Notes under the pieces: generated by a model
Seen by the model: the letters and a program-made list of their open reading frames with translations, nothing else
Told to the model about the DNA's origin: nothing
Databases searched by the model: none
Translations under genes and position numbers: made by a program
In this document: piece by piece, positions 51,770-61,432 of the stretch
Position numbering within the stretch: position 1 is the first letter of the stretch
Layout: the number at the start of each line of letters is the position of its first letter
DNA from: Vulcanimicrobiota bacterium
GTDB taxonomy: Bacteria > Vulcanimicrobiota > Vulcanimicrobiia > Eremiobacterales > Eremiobacteraceae
NCBI GenBank assembly: GCA_963812135.1
Contig: CAWETU010000001.1
Span: 1,152,001-1,216,000, forward strand
Direction: 5' to 3'
DNA length: 64,000 nucleotides

Positions 51770-51856
51770 TCAGTCTGCCGGTTCTACGCGTATCGCGCGT
51801 CGAAGAAACGTGTGGGCGCAGCTCATCAGCGTCACGGCGATCCACAGGAGGCTACC

Positions 51857-52267
51857 TTGAAGCTACATCTCATCGCGGCGTTCGCGATGGCCGATTTGTT
51901 GTCCGCATCGCTTGCACCAGCACTCGCAGATGCGACGGCCGGGTCGCGAACGCTCCATTTCTCGATAGCGATGGTCTCCCACCTCGGCGGAAAGCCCGAA
52001 CGCGACGGCGCCATGACGATTTCGATCGACGCAAAAGGCAACATCAGCGGCACCTACCACGGCAGCGCGCCGGCGTCAGACCCGTATTACGGCAAGGACG
52101 AGCCCGTTAGCGGCTCGCTTACCGGGGAGCGCATCCACTTGGAGATCGGCCAACAGGGCGAATTGCACGTCGACGGCGCGCTCGACGAGAACGGCATCAT
52201 CGCTACCGGTTCGATCGGCAGCGTACAGCTCTACGATTTCGTCGCGGTGCCGACGCCTTCAGGGTGA
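51857..52267 (+). CDS. Secreted hypothetical beta-rich protein
   Basis: AGGAGG RBS, TTG start, ALA-D signal cleavage site. Confidence 0.65.
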   Translation: MKLHLIAAFAMADLLSASLAPALADATAGSRTLHFSIAMVSHLGGKPERDGAMTISIDAKGNISGTYHGSAPASDPYYGKDEPVSGSLTGERIHLEIGQQGELHVDGALDENGIIATGSIGSVQLYDFVAVPTPSG

Positions 52268-53925
52268 GTGCGCGCGCCCGGCAGACCTGCGACTTGGAGA
52301 TATTGATGGACGAAGGCGATCGCCATCGAACCTTCGCCGACGCCTGCGGCCACGCGTTTGACCGATCCGGAGCGCACGTCGCCCACCGCGAAGATGCCAG
52401 GCACGGTCGTCTCCAATAGGTAGGGATCGCGATCCGAACTCCAGCGCCCTGACGCGCGCACGTCGGCACCGGTCATGACGAAACCGCGGCGGTCAAGCGC
52501 GATCTCTGCGGGCAGCCACCCGGTGTCGGTGTCGGCGCCGATGAACACGAATAGTGCCGGCGTTTCTCGTCGCGTCACTGTGTTTGCCGCGCGGTCGGCG
52601 ACGTCGATCGCTTCCAAATGCTCGGTGCCGTACACCGCGACGACTTCGGAACGTACCTCGCAGCCGATATTCGGACGTCGCTTGAGCTGCTCGACGAGAT
52701 AGTACGACATGCTATCGGAGAGGGACCCGCCGCGCACGACGATCGTCACGGTCTTGGCGTAATTTGCGAAATACAGCGCCGCTTGCCCGGCTGAATTGCC
52801 TCCGCCCACGAGGTAGATGTCTTGGCCTTGCGTGGATCGCGCTTCATCGCGCGACGCGCCGTAGAAGACGCCGCGCCCGATGAACCGATCGATGGAATCG
52901 AGCTGGAGCCTGCGCCATGTGACGCCCAGCGCAAGCACGACGGCACGCGCGTGCAAGACTACGTCGTCGTCGAGCGAGATGTTGAACGTGTCAGGCGAGA
53001 TGGAGCAAACGGCGCGCGTCACCACGATTTCGGCTCCCAAGCGTCGCGCCTGTGTCAGCGCGCGGTGCGCCAGCTCATCGCCCGAGACGCCGACCGGAAA
53101 TCCGAGGTAGTTCTCGATGCGCGACGATGTGCCGGCTTGGCCACCTGGCGCCTCGCGCTCGAGTAAAACGGTGTGCAAGCCCTCCGACGCCCCGTACACG
53201 GCCGCGGCCAACCCGCCGGGCCCGCCGCCGATGATGACGACGTCGTACTCGGTATCCGCCGGTGCAGTCGCCAGGCCGACCGCGTTCGCGAGATCGACCT
53301 TGGTCGGTCCGGCGACCATGGAACCGTCTTGCAGACGGACCAGCGGCCATCGCGTCGAGTCGCCGTCGACCGCCAGATCTCCGAGAATCGGGTCGTCCGG
53401 CGTCACCCAATCGAACGGCACTTGGTTGCGGTGCAAGAAATCGCGGATCTCACCCGTCGGAGGATCCCACTTCGGCCCGATGACGAGCAGTTCGGGCGCA
53501 GGCGGCTGTGCCGCGATGTCGTGCAAGCCCTCGATTCGATCAAGCGCCGCGGCGCCGACTTTTCCAGAAATCTCGGGTGCGGCGGCGCACAGCGTGTGGT
53601 ATGCGCTCGGTTCTAGACGCAGCAGGCGGGAAGGATCGACTGCGCGCATGCTCGCGAGAAACGGCGTGTTGAGGACCATCGGCACTTCGCCGAACAGCTC
53701 GCCTGGGCCGCGTATACCGATGACCGTCTCGACACCATCGATGATCTTCGTAACCTCGAGCTTACCTTCGATGACCGCGAAAAAAGCGCGCGTCTCGCCT
53801 TCGTGCACCGCATACTCCCCCGGGCTCAACTGGATGTCGGCGGCTGTCCGTGCGAGGTAGGCGAGTTCTTTGTCGGCAAGCGTGGAAAAGAGGGGAATCG
53901 CGCGAAGTTCGTCAGTTGTGATCAT
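52231..53925 (-). CDS. cNMP-binding domain + thioredoxin-reductase-like FAD oxidoreductase
   Basis: GELFGE CNB motif; IIGGGPGG, IENYLGFP, VGGGNSAGQ, GDVR, GEG. Confidence 0.9.
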   Translation of the reverse strand: MITTDELRAIPLFSTLADKELAYLARTAADIQLSPGEYAVHEGETRAFFAVIEGKLEVTKIIDGVETVIGIRGPGELFGEVPMVLNTPFLASMRAVDPSRLLRLEPSAYHTLCAAAPEISGKVGAAALDRIEGLHDIAAQPPAPELLVIGPKWDPPTGEIRDFLHRNQVPFDWVTPDDPILGDLAVDGDSTRWPLVRLQDGSMVAGPTKVDLANAVGLATAPADTEYDVVIIGGGPGGLAAAVYGASEGLHTVLLEREAPGGQAGTSSRIENYLGFPVGVSGDELAHRALTQARRLGAEIVVTRAVCSISPDTFNISLDDDVVLHARAVVLALGVTWRRLQLDSIDRFIGRGVFYGASRDEARSTQGQDIYLVGGGNSAGQAALYFANYAKTVTIVVRGGSLSDSMSYYLVEQLKRRPNIGCEVRSEVVAVYGTEHLEAIDVADRAANTVTRRETPALFVFIGADTDTGWLPAEIALDRRGFVMTGADVRASGRWSSDRDPYLLETTVPGIFAVGDVRSGSVKRVAAGVGEGSMAIAFVHQYLQVAGLPGARTHPEGVGTATKS

Positions 53926-54094
53926 GCGTTCGCTCTCATGATGGGGACTTAGGGCGTTAGCGGAGCGGCGCAAGCCGCCCTCCCCGGGGCACAAAGCCTG
54001 AGCGGGCGCGGCCTTTGCGGTAGGGCACAGCTCAATGCGATTCGAACGGCCACCGTCCACTTCTACGACGCCATCTAACGGGGTGAGCAATCAA

Positions 54095-54568
54095 ATGAAG
54101 GCACCGAGCGGAAAAGACCCCAAAGCCTTGACGCGCAAGCGCCTCGCTGAACTACTCAACGAAGATCTTTCGCGCGAATATCAGGCGATCATCGCCTACG
54201 TCATCTACTCGCAAGTCCTCAAGGGCGCCGAGTACATGAGCATCGCCGACCAGCTCGAGACCCACGCCAAGCAAGAACTCGAGCACGCGCTCATCATCTC
54301 ACGGCAGATCGACTATCTGGGCGCGATGCCAACATCAGTGCCAAAAGCCGTCCGCATCTCTCCAAAGCCGAAAGACATGCTGCGCTTCGATCTCGACAAC
54401 GAGAACGAGACGATCCGCAACTACCGGGAACGCGTGAGGCAATGCGAGGAGCTCGGCGAGTTCGCCATGGCCGAGCAGATCCGGGGCATCCTCGTCAACG
54501 AACAAGACCACCAGATCGACCTCGCGACAGCGCTCGGCGTTGACCCGCCCGATCTGACGAAACGGTAG
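54095..54568 (+). CDS. Ferritin/bacterioferritin-like diiron protein
   Basis: EYQAIIAY, QELEH, ENETIRNY, EQDH. Confidence 0.85.
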   Translation: MKAPSGKDPKALTRKRLAELLNEDLSREYQAIIAYVIYSQVLKGAEYMSIADQLETHAKQELEHALIISRQIDYLGAMPTSVPKAVRISPKPKDMLRFDLDNENETIRNYRERVRQCEELGEFAMAEQIRGILVNEQDHQIDLATALGVDPPDLTKR

Positions 54569-54569
54569 A

Positions 54570-55421
54570 CTACAGCAGCGTCAAGTCGCCGGCGGCAAAC
54601 ATGCGCTTCAAAAATGCGTCGTGTTTGTACGACGACGACTTGCCGAAATGCGCGATGACCGTGTTGCGTGACGGCGCGATGTACAGCCCCTGACCTGCCG
54701 ATCCGCTCGCGTACACCAGGTCAGGCGGGGCGTTCGCGGCTCCCAACCACCAACCTAAGCCATAATGCGGGTTAGCGGCTGAACCCGCAAAGCATTCCGC
54801 GAATTCTTCGCGCCGCTCGCAGACGAGCCGGCCGTACTTCAACCATTCGTGCGCCGAGACGAACGCGCCGGTCGGCAAAGGACGCGTGCCGTCTGCGAGC
54901 GTGCGCCATTTCGCGACGCGCATGCCGATCGGATCGAAGATCCGCGCTTGAAGGTACTCGTGCGGCGTTTGCCCGCGCGGCTCGAGCTTGCGCGCAAATA
55001 CCGCGCCAAAGACCTGCAGTGGGATTCCGCTGTAGGTGAACTTCTTTCCCGGTTCGTTCTTGAGCTCGACTGCAAGCGCTTTCGCGTACGTCGGAACCGC
55101 CGATCCCATGCCGCCAAAGCCGATGCCGCTCGTGAGCTGCAACAGATGCCGCAGCGTGACACGCCTTTTCCATTCATCGGCCTGCCATTCCGGAAACGTT
55201 TCGGCGACGCGCTCATCAAGTCGCAGAATCCCATCGCGCTGCGCCGCGAGTGCGGCGACGCCCCAAAAGCTCTTGGTGCCGCTGTAGAGCGCGTGAGGGG
55301 TCGAACCGTCGTGACCTTCGCCATAGGTTTCGCTGACGATCCGGCCATCTTGGAAGATGACCAGCGCATGCAACGCGTGCTTGCGCGCGTACTCGATCGC
55401 AGCTTGGTTGGAGGCGGTCAT
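54570..55421 (-). CDS. Serine hydrolase, beta-lactamase family
   Basis: YSGTKS (SxxK), LRHLLQLTSG, FTYS, YGLGWW, GSAGQ. Confidence 0.88.
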   Translation of the reverse strand: MTASNQAAIEYARKHALHALVIFQDGRIVSETYGEGHDGSTPHALYSGTKSFWGVAALAAQRDGILRLDERVAETFPEWQADEWKRRVTLRHLLQLTSGIGFGGMGSAVPTYAKALAVELKNEPGKKFTYSGIPLQVFGAVFARKLEPRGQTPHEYLQARIFDPIGMRVAKWRTLADGTRPLPTGAFVSAHEWLKYGRLVCERREEFAECFAGSAANPHYGLGWWLGAANAPPDLVYASGSAGQGLYIAPSRNTVIAHFGKSSSYKHDAFLKRMFAAGDLTLL

Positions 55422-55586
55422 CGCGGTTCCGGTTGTCAGCGCGCACAATTCTAACCTTCTTGTAATCTTGGGAGCGAGCGAATGAGCGCGGCGAGAGGAC
55501 AACGCGCGCGACGATGACAACGCAGTAGCCGATCCTGGGAACTTCCTGACTGACTGCTGACGTTTCAGGGCCAACGGAGGGTCGTC

Positions 55587-56807
55587 ATGTTCCAGATTCG
55601 TTCATTCGTTCTTATCTGCGCGGTGTTCCTCATGGTTTCGGCGCTCGGCGAGCAAGCGCGCGCGGGCTATTCGGTCGCCAACGCGACGAACACCAACAAC
55701 AATGCTCACATGGTCACACCCCTGCCGCGGCCGACCGCCAAGCCGCCGCCGCCGCCGGCGCCGATCCCGGCACCATTTCACGTGCGCCCCGTGCAGAGCA
55801 AACACGACTGCGCTGCCGGGCTGAGCCTCTTGGCAGCAATCTGCGACGCGGACGTCAAGGCGGGCGGCTTGCAATTACTGTGGAATGACCGCGCGACCAA
55901 GCTTGACGGGTACAAGATCTATCGCGGGAGCGGCGACAGCCGCAAGCTCGTCCTGACGCTGTCGAACGGGCCATCGCCGAAATACGGCGCGATCAGCAAG
56001 CCAAGCGGTGGCTACGATCACAACTGCTATGCGGTGACCGCGTACGTCGGATCACGAGAATCAGCGCCAAGCGCAGCGTATTGCGTCCAGCCCGGTGCGA
56101 CCGCGCAAACCGCGACGTTCGCTCCCGCTCACGTGCGCTCGTACATATCGATCTCGAATCCGGGCCTCTTGGATCCGAACAACAACTCCGGCCAGCTTTC
56201 GTTGTCGACGGATCTCTCGAAGCTGCAGTCGACCGGTTTTAACAGCCTGCTCCCGTCGCAGGTCGCCAATTCCGCGCACGGCGCCTCCATCAGCGGAACG
56301 GCCTACGTAGGGTATCAATCCGGATACGTGAAGTCACCGGTCCCCAACAATGGCGAGTTCTACACCGGCGCAAGTCAGGGCTGGGTCACGATCAGATCGC
56401 GCGCCGGATATGATTTCAACCTCAGCAGATTGACCAACCACTCGATCTATTCCGCGATCCTCACGCTCAACGTCTCCCAAACAGCACGCGACAACAAGTA
56501 CCATAGCCACTTTGACCTAAGCGACTATTCATGCACCGACCGGTATCTGCTCGGCAAGGACTTCTGGTGGAGCCAGCCCGGCGCGCTCAACAACGCCTCG
56601 ACCGGCGCCGAATTCGGCCAGGGAAAAGGACCGGTCGTCACGGTCGATGTGACGAAGACGGTCGCTGACTGGGCGGCGGGTGCGTCTGATTACGGGTTCA
56701 TTCTGAGCAACGCGCTCGCCGATGCCACGGGTGCAAAGCCGGCGTACCCTGACCTCGGCTGCTTCACGAAATACTACAACGCTTCGCTCAAAGTGATATA
56801 TTTCTGA
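55587..56807 (+). CDS. Secreted protein: Pro-rich linker, Fn3-like domain and DNRLRE-like C-terminal domain
   Basis: Signal peptide; GYKIYR...YAVTAY...ESAPS; AILTL...VDVTKTVADW...YGFIL. Confidence 0.65.
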   Translation: MFQIRSFVLICAVFLMVSALGEQARAGYSVANATNTNNNAHMVTPLPRPTAKPPPPPAPIPAPFHVRPVQSKHDCAAGLSLLAAICDADVKAGGLQLLWNDRATKLDGYKIYRGSGDSRKLVLTLSNGPSPKYGAISKPSGGYDHNCYAVTAYVGSRESAPSAAYCVQPGATAQTATFAPAHVRSYISISNPGLLDPNNNSGQLSLSTDLSKLQSTGFNSLLPSQVANSAHGASISGTAYVGYQSGYVKSPVPNNGEFYTGASQGWVTIRSRAGYDFNLSRLTNHSIYSAILTLNVSQTARDNKYHSHFDLSDYSCTDRYLLGKDFWWSQPGALNNASTGAEFGQGKGPVVTVDVTKTVADWAAGASDYGFILSNALADATGAKPAYPDLGCFTKYYNASLKVIYF

Positions 56808-56908
56808 TCTGAGAAGCTAGCGCGACGGGCGGCCGGATGTCTACGGCAACCTCAAGGAATTCGTACGGCTGTTCTCGACTAGTACGCCTCCAAAGGAGGG
56901 CCCGTGCA

Positions 56909-57403
56909 ATGTTGGAGTTTCGCAAGCCCCTAGTGATCGCCGCATTTGTTCTTGGAATCGCATTTGTGGGCCAAACAACGAGAGCGAACGCTCTTCCAAC
57001 AGATCTCTGCGCGCTCTTGCCGGCGGCCGAGGTCAGCAAGACCTTAGGTCAAACCTACGACGCCCCGCAAGAGAGCGTCGCGCCCCGTCCCTTTCCCGGC
57101 ACGAATACGGGGACGGATTGCAATTACGAATCCAAGGGAGCGAACGGAAAGCTCTGGTTCCGGATGTACGTCGATCCGTCGGCGCCCGCTGCGACGGATT
57201 TATTCGCGAAACTGAAGGTGTACTATAGCCCGCCGACCGCGGTCCCCAAACTGGGCGACGAGGCGTACCTGGATCCCCAGCACGCCCTTCACGTCCGAAA
57301 AGGGAAAGTGCGCTTCTACCTCAATCTCTCGCCGGTCGGCGACGCGTCCGCGACTGAGAAGCAGTTGGAGAATCTTGCGGCACAGGTCGTTGGAGCGCTC
57401 TGA
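56909..57403 (+). CDS. Secreted hypothetical protein (DUF3558-like)
   Basis: AGGAGG RBS; DLCALLPAAEV...CNY...LGDEAY. Confidence 0.65.
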   Translation: MLEFRKPLVIAAFVLGIAFVGQTTRANALPTDLCALLPAAEVSKTLGQTYDAPQESVAPRPFPGTNTGTDCNYESKGANGKLWFRMYVDPSAPAATDLFAKLKVYYSPPTAVPKLGDEAYLDPQHALHVRKGKVRFYLNLSPVGDASATEKQLENLAAQVVGAL

Positions 57404-57425
57404 GGCCGCTTTCGGGTTAGAGATA

Positions 57426-58250
57426 ATGAGAGGAATTTCTCGATTCCTTGCGGTTGCCACGAGCTTCGTCGCGATAGCAGCAGCCCACGGCGTCGCGGCC
57501 GGCGCAACCGCGCCGAGCGTGTATCTGACGTTCAATGGAAGCAACAGCTATGTCGAGGTGCCAAGCAGTCCGGATTTTAGCCTGAGCAGCGCGGGGCTCA
57601 CCATCGCAGTCTGGATGCGGCCTGACAGCCTGACGTTTTCCAAGACTGAGGGTAGCCTCGCCTCGCAACAATACGTGCACTGGTTCGGCAAAGGTGAGAA
57701 CGCACAACAGGAGTGGACGTTTCGGATGTATAGCTTGACCCAACCCGGACCGCGCCAAAACCGGATCAGCTTCTACGCTTTCAAATTGGAAGGTGGTCGC
57801 GGATGCGGCAGCTACTTCCAAGACCCGATCCAGCCCGGGCAATGGCTGCAAGTCGTCGGCGTGGTGGATCAGAGCGTGAGCAAGGTCTCGATCTACAAGA
57901 ACGGTCAATTCCGGCACAGCGATTCGTATGCTTCGCTCGTGCCCGGGCCGCAGCCGGGATCGGCGCCGCTGCGCATCGGGTCGAAAGATCTGAGCAGTTA
58001 TTTCCAGGGCGCGATCGGCCCGATACGGATATGGAACCGGCCCCTGTCGGCTTCGGAGGTCGGCGCGTTGTTCTCGTCTGGCGCCGTGCCGCAAACCGGC
58101 TTGGTCGCTCAGTACCTCATGAATGAAGGCACGGGAACGACCATTCGAGACTCCGTGGGAGGTCACAACGGCGCGATCTCCGGCGCGACCTGGGGTCACG
58201 GAGGCGGGACCATAGGCGCCGGCGGCGGCCAAAGCGGAGGCGGCTGCTGA
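57426..58250 (+). CDS. Secreted LamG/concanavalin A-like domain protein
   Basis: LTFNGSNSYV, LTIAVW, WLQVVGV, YFQGAIGPIRIWNRPLS, YLMNEGTG. Confidence 0.8.
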   Translation: MRGISRFLAVATSFVAIAAAHGVAAGATAPSVYLTFNGSNSYVEVPSSPDFSLSSAGLTIAVWMRPDSLTFSKTEGSLASQQYVHWFGKGENAQQEWTFRMYSLTQPGPRQNRISFYAFKLEGGRGCGSYFQDPIQPGQWLQVVGVVDQSVSKVSIYKNGQFRHSDSYASLVPGPQPGSAPLRIGSKDLSSYFQGAIGPIRIWNRPLSASEVGALFSSGAVPQTGLVAQYLMNEGTGTTIRDSVGGHNGAISGATWGHGGGTIGAGGGQSGGGC

Positions 58251-58270
58251 TCGCAGCCGTCGGAGGTGGT

Positions 58271-58624
58271 ATGAAAAAGTTCCTGATCGGTTTGACTGCA
58301 TTGTGCGTGGTGACGACGGGTGTGGCCCTTGCGGCCGACGTCGGGTCGCCCGCGGACGTGGCCGCGGTGCGCTCGGCGGCGCACCAGAAGAATCCGAGCG
58401 ACCATGTCGCTGGAGTCCACGTGGTAGGCAATTACGCGTTGACCGATTGGTATGGCGGTGAGGCGTCGGGCTATGCCGCGTACAAGCGCATCTCAGGCGA
58501 GCAATGGAAGCAGATCGACTGGGGCGGCGGCGCGACAGACCCGCAGCTTCTCGCTCAGCATGGCGTACCGGCATCGATCGCGCAAAAGCTTTGCCCGGGG
58601 TGGGGCAGCTCTTCGCCCTGTTGA
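58271..58624 (+). CDS. Small secreted hypothetical protein
   Basis: GGAGG RBS; signal peptide; C-terminal Cys pair. Confidence 0.7.
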   Translation: MKKFLIGLTALCVVTTGVALAADVGSPADVAAVRSAAHQKNPSDHVAGVHVVGNYALTDWYGGEASGYAAYKRISGEQWKQIDWGGGATDPQLLAQHGVPASIAQKLCPGWGSSSPC

Positions 58625-58645
58625 AAGGCGCCCTATTCCCGCGAC

Positions 58646-58996
58646 TTAATGCACCAGCGTGATCTGAGTCGGAGTCTCGACCACGGTTCCATCAACCGTT
58701 TCCTTGACGACGGTGATTTTGACGCGGGTTTTACCAAGGACGAGTTGACTTGGCCAACCATCGCAAGGAAAACTGGGGCACCACGGTAACGGCTTTCCTT
58801 GGAACAGCGGTTTCTTCATATTGTCGAACCACAGGGCGTGACTTCGTCCGTCGCTCGTCCTGATGGTCATGTCGGTGCCCTTATTGCCGCTGTCATAACT
58901 GGCGATCACGCCGTCAAGTGTGTCGCCTCGTGCGCTACTCGCGACTGCCAATGCGATGATCATGCCAAGCGCACATGCCATAGCCACATGTTTCAT
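58646..58996 (-). CDS. Small secreted hypothetical protein
   Basis: Signal peptide; WCPSFPC Cys pair. Confidence 0.65.
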   Translation of the reverse strand: MKHVAMACALGMIIALAVASSARGDTLDGVIASYDSGNKGTDMTIRTSDGRSHALWFDNMKKPLFQGKPLPWCPSFPCDGWPSQLVLGKTRVKITVVKETVDGTVVETPTQITLVH

Positions 58997-59132
58997 GTCG
59001 CGTTTTTCCGGAGACTGGCTGATTTGCCCTTGTGCTCAGCGTTCTCCGTACGTCATTACGACGATGTGACCCGGTATCGTGATGCTTAAAGATCGTTCTT
59101 AAAGCCGCCATTGGCGCCGCCGCCCGCAAAAT

Positions 59133-60131
59133 TCACATTGCCGCCGCAATGTATCCGTGCCTTCGGAACCAGTCGACTGCTCGCGCCAGCGCGTCGCCGA
59201 CCGGTCCCGCGTGGAACCCCAACTCGCGGATGGCTTTGCTCGCGTCGACGTACTGGAATTCTCGCGACATGCGCACGCCCTCGAGCGGCACGAACGGCAC
59301 TGCATTTGGTTGGAGGCGGCAACGAAGTTCGTCGGCGTACGCTGCCAAGACGGTCAGACCATAGGGCACGCGCCAGCGCGGCGCCGTTCGTTGCGTCGCC
59401 TCCGCGAGCAACTCCCAGGCCCGATCGAACGATACGTTTTCGCCGCCGATGATGTAGCGCTCTCTGGGTTTGCCGCGCTCTAGCGCAGCGACATGCGCGC
59501 GCGCCACGTCCTCGACGGCGACGAGGTTGAAGCCGCCGGTGCTTGGTCGCGCTCCGATCCGCCCACGCGCGAAGTCGAGGACAAGCTTGCCCGTCGGTGT
59601 CGGTTTGTGATCTCCGGGACCGACGGGCGCGGTTGGCAGCACTAACACCGACGGAAGACCTGCGGCAAGAACAGCCTGTTCTTGCTCAAGCTTTGAGCGG
59701 TGATAGGTCGACGCGTGTGCGTCTGCCAAATTGTCGGCTTCCGTGGCGGGTACGCCGTCGTGCGCCGGTCCGACCGTCGCCGCACTTGAAGTGACCACCG
59801 CGCGCTCGACGCCGGCGGCAAGGGCCGCCTCCAAAACGCTCGTCGTTCCGGCGACGTTGACGCTCCGTATCGCGGCGCGATCTCGCGGCGCGAAGGAATA
59901 GAGCGCTGCGCAGTGGACCAGGTACCGGCAGCCTTGCATCGAGGCGATGACATCGCTCGCACGGCGTACATCGCCATCGACCCACTCGATGCTGGTCGGG
60001 GCGTCACGAGGGGCGCCGTGGGGTGCATGCGCGAGGGCACGGACACCGTAGCCCGAAGCGATGAATTCGCGCGCGACGTGAGCGCCGATAAAGCCGCTCG
60101 CGCCGGTTATGAAGACGAGGTCGCTTGGCAC
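59133..60131 (-). CDS. NAD-dependent epimerase/dehydratase (HpnA-like)
   Basis: ITGASGFIG, HCAALY, YHRSK, PVGPGDHKPTPTG, VEDVARAH. Confidence 0.85.
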   Translation of the reverse strand: MPSDLVFITGASGFIGAHVAREFIASGYGVRALAHAPHGAPRDAPTSIEWVDGDVRRASDVIASMQGCRYLVHCAALYSFAPRDRAAIRSVNVAGTTSVLEAALAAGVERAVVTSSAATVGPAHDGVPATEADNLADAHASTYHRSKLEQEQAVLAAGLPSVLVLPTAPVGPGDHKPTPTGKLVLDFARGRIGARPSTGGFNLVAVEDVARAHVAALERGKPRERYIIGGENVSFDRAWELLAEATQRTAPRWRVPYGLTVLAAYADELRCRLQPNAVPFVPLEGVRMSREFQYVDASKAIRELGFHAGPVGDALARAVDWFRRHGYIAAAM

Positions 60132-61432
60132 GCGTTTACGCTTCGGGCAGCGATAGCTCGCATACTTTTGACGTCCTCGTGATCGGCGCGGGGATGGCGG
60201 GCGTGACGGCCGCACGAGCGCTCGTGCGCGCTGGTTTGCGTGTCCGTGTGCTCGAGGCGAAGCAGCGTGTGGGCGGGCGCATCCACACGCTGCGCGATTT
60301 TTGCGACCTGCCGGTCGAAGCAGGCGCCGAGCTTATCCACGGGCGGCGCGCCCAAACGTGGCCTGAGGTCGAAGCCGCAGGCCTCACCGTGCGGCCCAAT
60401 TCGCACTCGATGAGCGCGCTGATGATCGATCTCGGCTATGGCACGCAGTGGTTGTCGCGCGCCTTGCTGCACCCGCAGACGTGGCGGGCATTCACGATTT
60501 TGCGGCGTCTCGCGCGCCGGGAATCACGCGACCTGTCTGCGCGCGAGTTCATCGAACGCCGCGGATACCGCGGCCGAGCCCACTCGCTGGCTGAGATGGT
60601 GTTCACCACGCATCTCCCGGGAACCACGAATGAGATCGGGATCCACGGCTTTCTCGACGATGGTGTGCTTGAGCTTGAGACCAGCGCAGACTATCGCGTC
60701 AATGAAGGCTACGATCGAATTGTCGAATACGTCGCGCGGGATCTCGAGACCGAATTCGGGTTCGTGCTCGGAACGATTGAGTGGTCGCCGGAGGGTGTAA
60801 AGATCAGCGCTCGCGATGGACGCGAGCGCATCGCTCGGGCTGCGATCTCAACGCTGCCCGTGGGCGTGCTGCAATCCGATGCGATTCGATTCACGCCCGA
60901 ACTCCCCGAGAGCAAACGCGAGGCGCTGCGCGGGATGGTCATGGGGCCGGTGCTCAAAGTCCTCATGCGTTTCGAAGAACCGTTTTGGCCACGGCACCTC
61001 GCGGCGCTGTGTTCGAGCGCTGGACCAGTCGCGCTCTATTGGAACGTGTTCTACAAGGCCAAGATCGAAGCGCCGGTTCTGACGGCCTACTGCACCGGCG
61101 AGCGCGCCGCGACACTGGCGCGAATAAGCGAAGAAGAAGCACTCGCACGTGTCGTGCAAGATCTGCGCCGTCACTTCCCCAAGGCAAAGCCGAAGCTCGC
61201 GGAATGGCGTCTGATCGATTGGAGCGCTGATCCGATGGCCTGCGGCGGATACACGTTCTTGCGTCCGGGCGCGGCTGGGGCGCGAGCGCGTCTCGCGGCG
61301 GCTGATACCGGTGCGCTGTTTTGGGCAGGTTCTGAAACAGCGACGAAACCGATCGCGGCCACGGTCGCGGGGGCGTATGCCACAGGTCTGCGAGCAGCTG
61401 CAGAAGTGGTTGCCAAGGTCGAGGTAGGCTAA
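60125..61432 (+). CDS. Flavin monoamine oxidase family protein (start uncertain)
   Basis: IGAGMAG, LEAKQRVGGRI, EAGAELIHG, WSADP..GGY, FWAG. Confidence 0.85.
   Translation: MARVYASGSDSSHTFDVLVIGAGMAGVTAARALVRAGLRVRVLEAKQRVGGRIHTLRDFCDLPVEAGAELIHGRRAQTWPEVEAAGLTVRPNSHSMSALMIDLGYGTQWLSRALLHPQTWRAFTILRRLARRESRDLSAREFIERRGYRGRAHSLAEMVFTTHLPGTTNEIGIHGFLDDGVLELETSADYRVNEGYDRIVEYVARDLETEFGFVLGTIEWSPEGVKISARDGRERIARAAISTLPVGVLQSDAIRFTPELPESKREALRGMVMGPVLKVLMRFEEPFWPRHLAALCSSAGPVALYWNVFYKAKIEAPVLTAYCTGERAATLARISEEEALARVVQDLRRHFPKAKPKLAEWRLIDWSADPMACGGYTFLRPGAAGARARLAAADTGALFWAGSETATKPIAATVAGAYATGLRAAAEVVAKVEVG

Noticed and set aside
54570..55421. Antibiotic-resistance beta-lactamase
   Set aside because: No signal peptide; motifs fit the broad esterase/amidase serine hydrolase family
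55445..55586. Riboswitch in the leader of the secreted-protein cluster
   Set aside because: Weak GCAGT...ACTGC pairing only; no c-di-GMP or other consensus recognised
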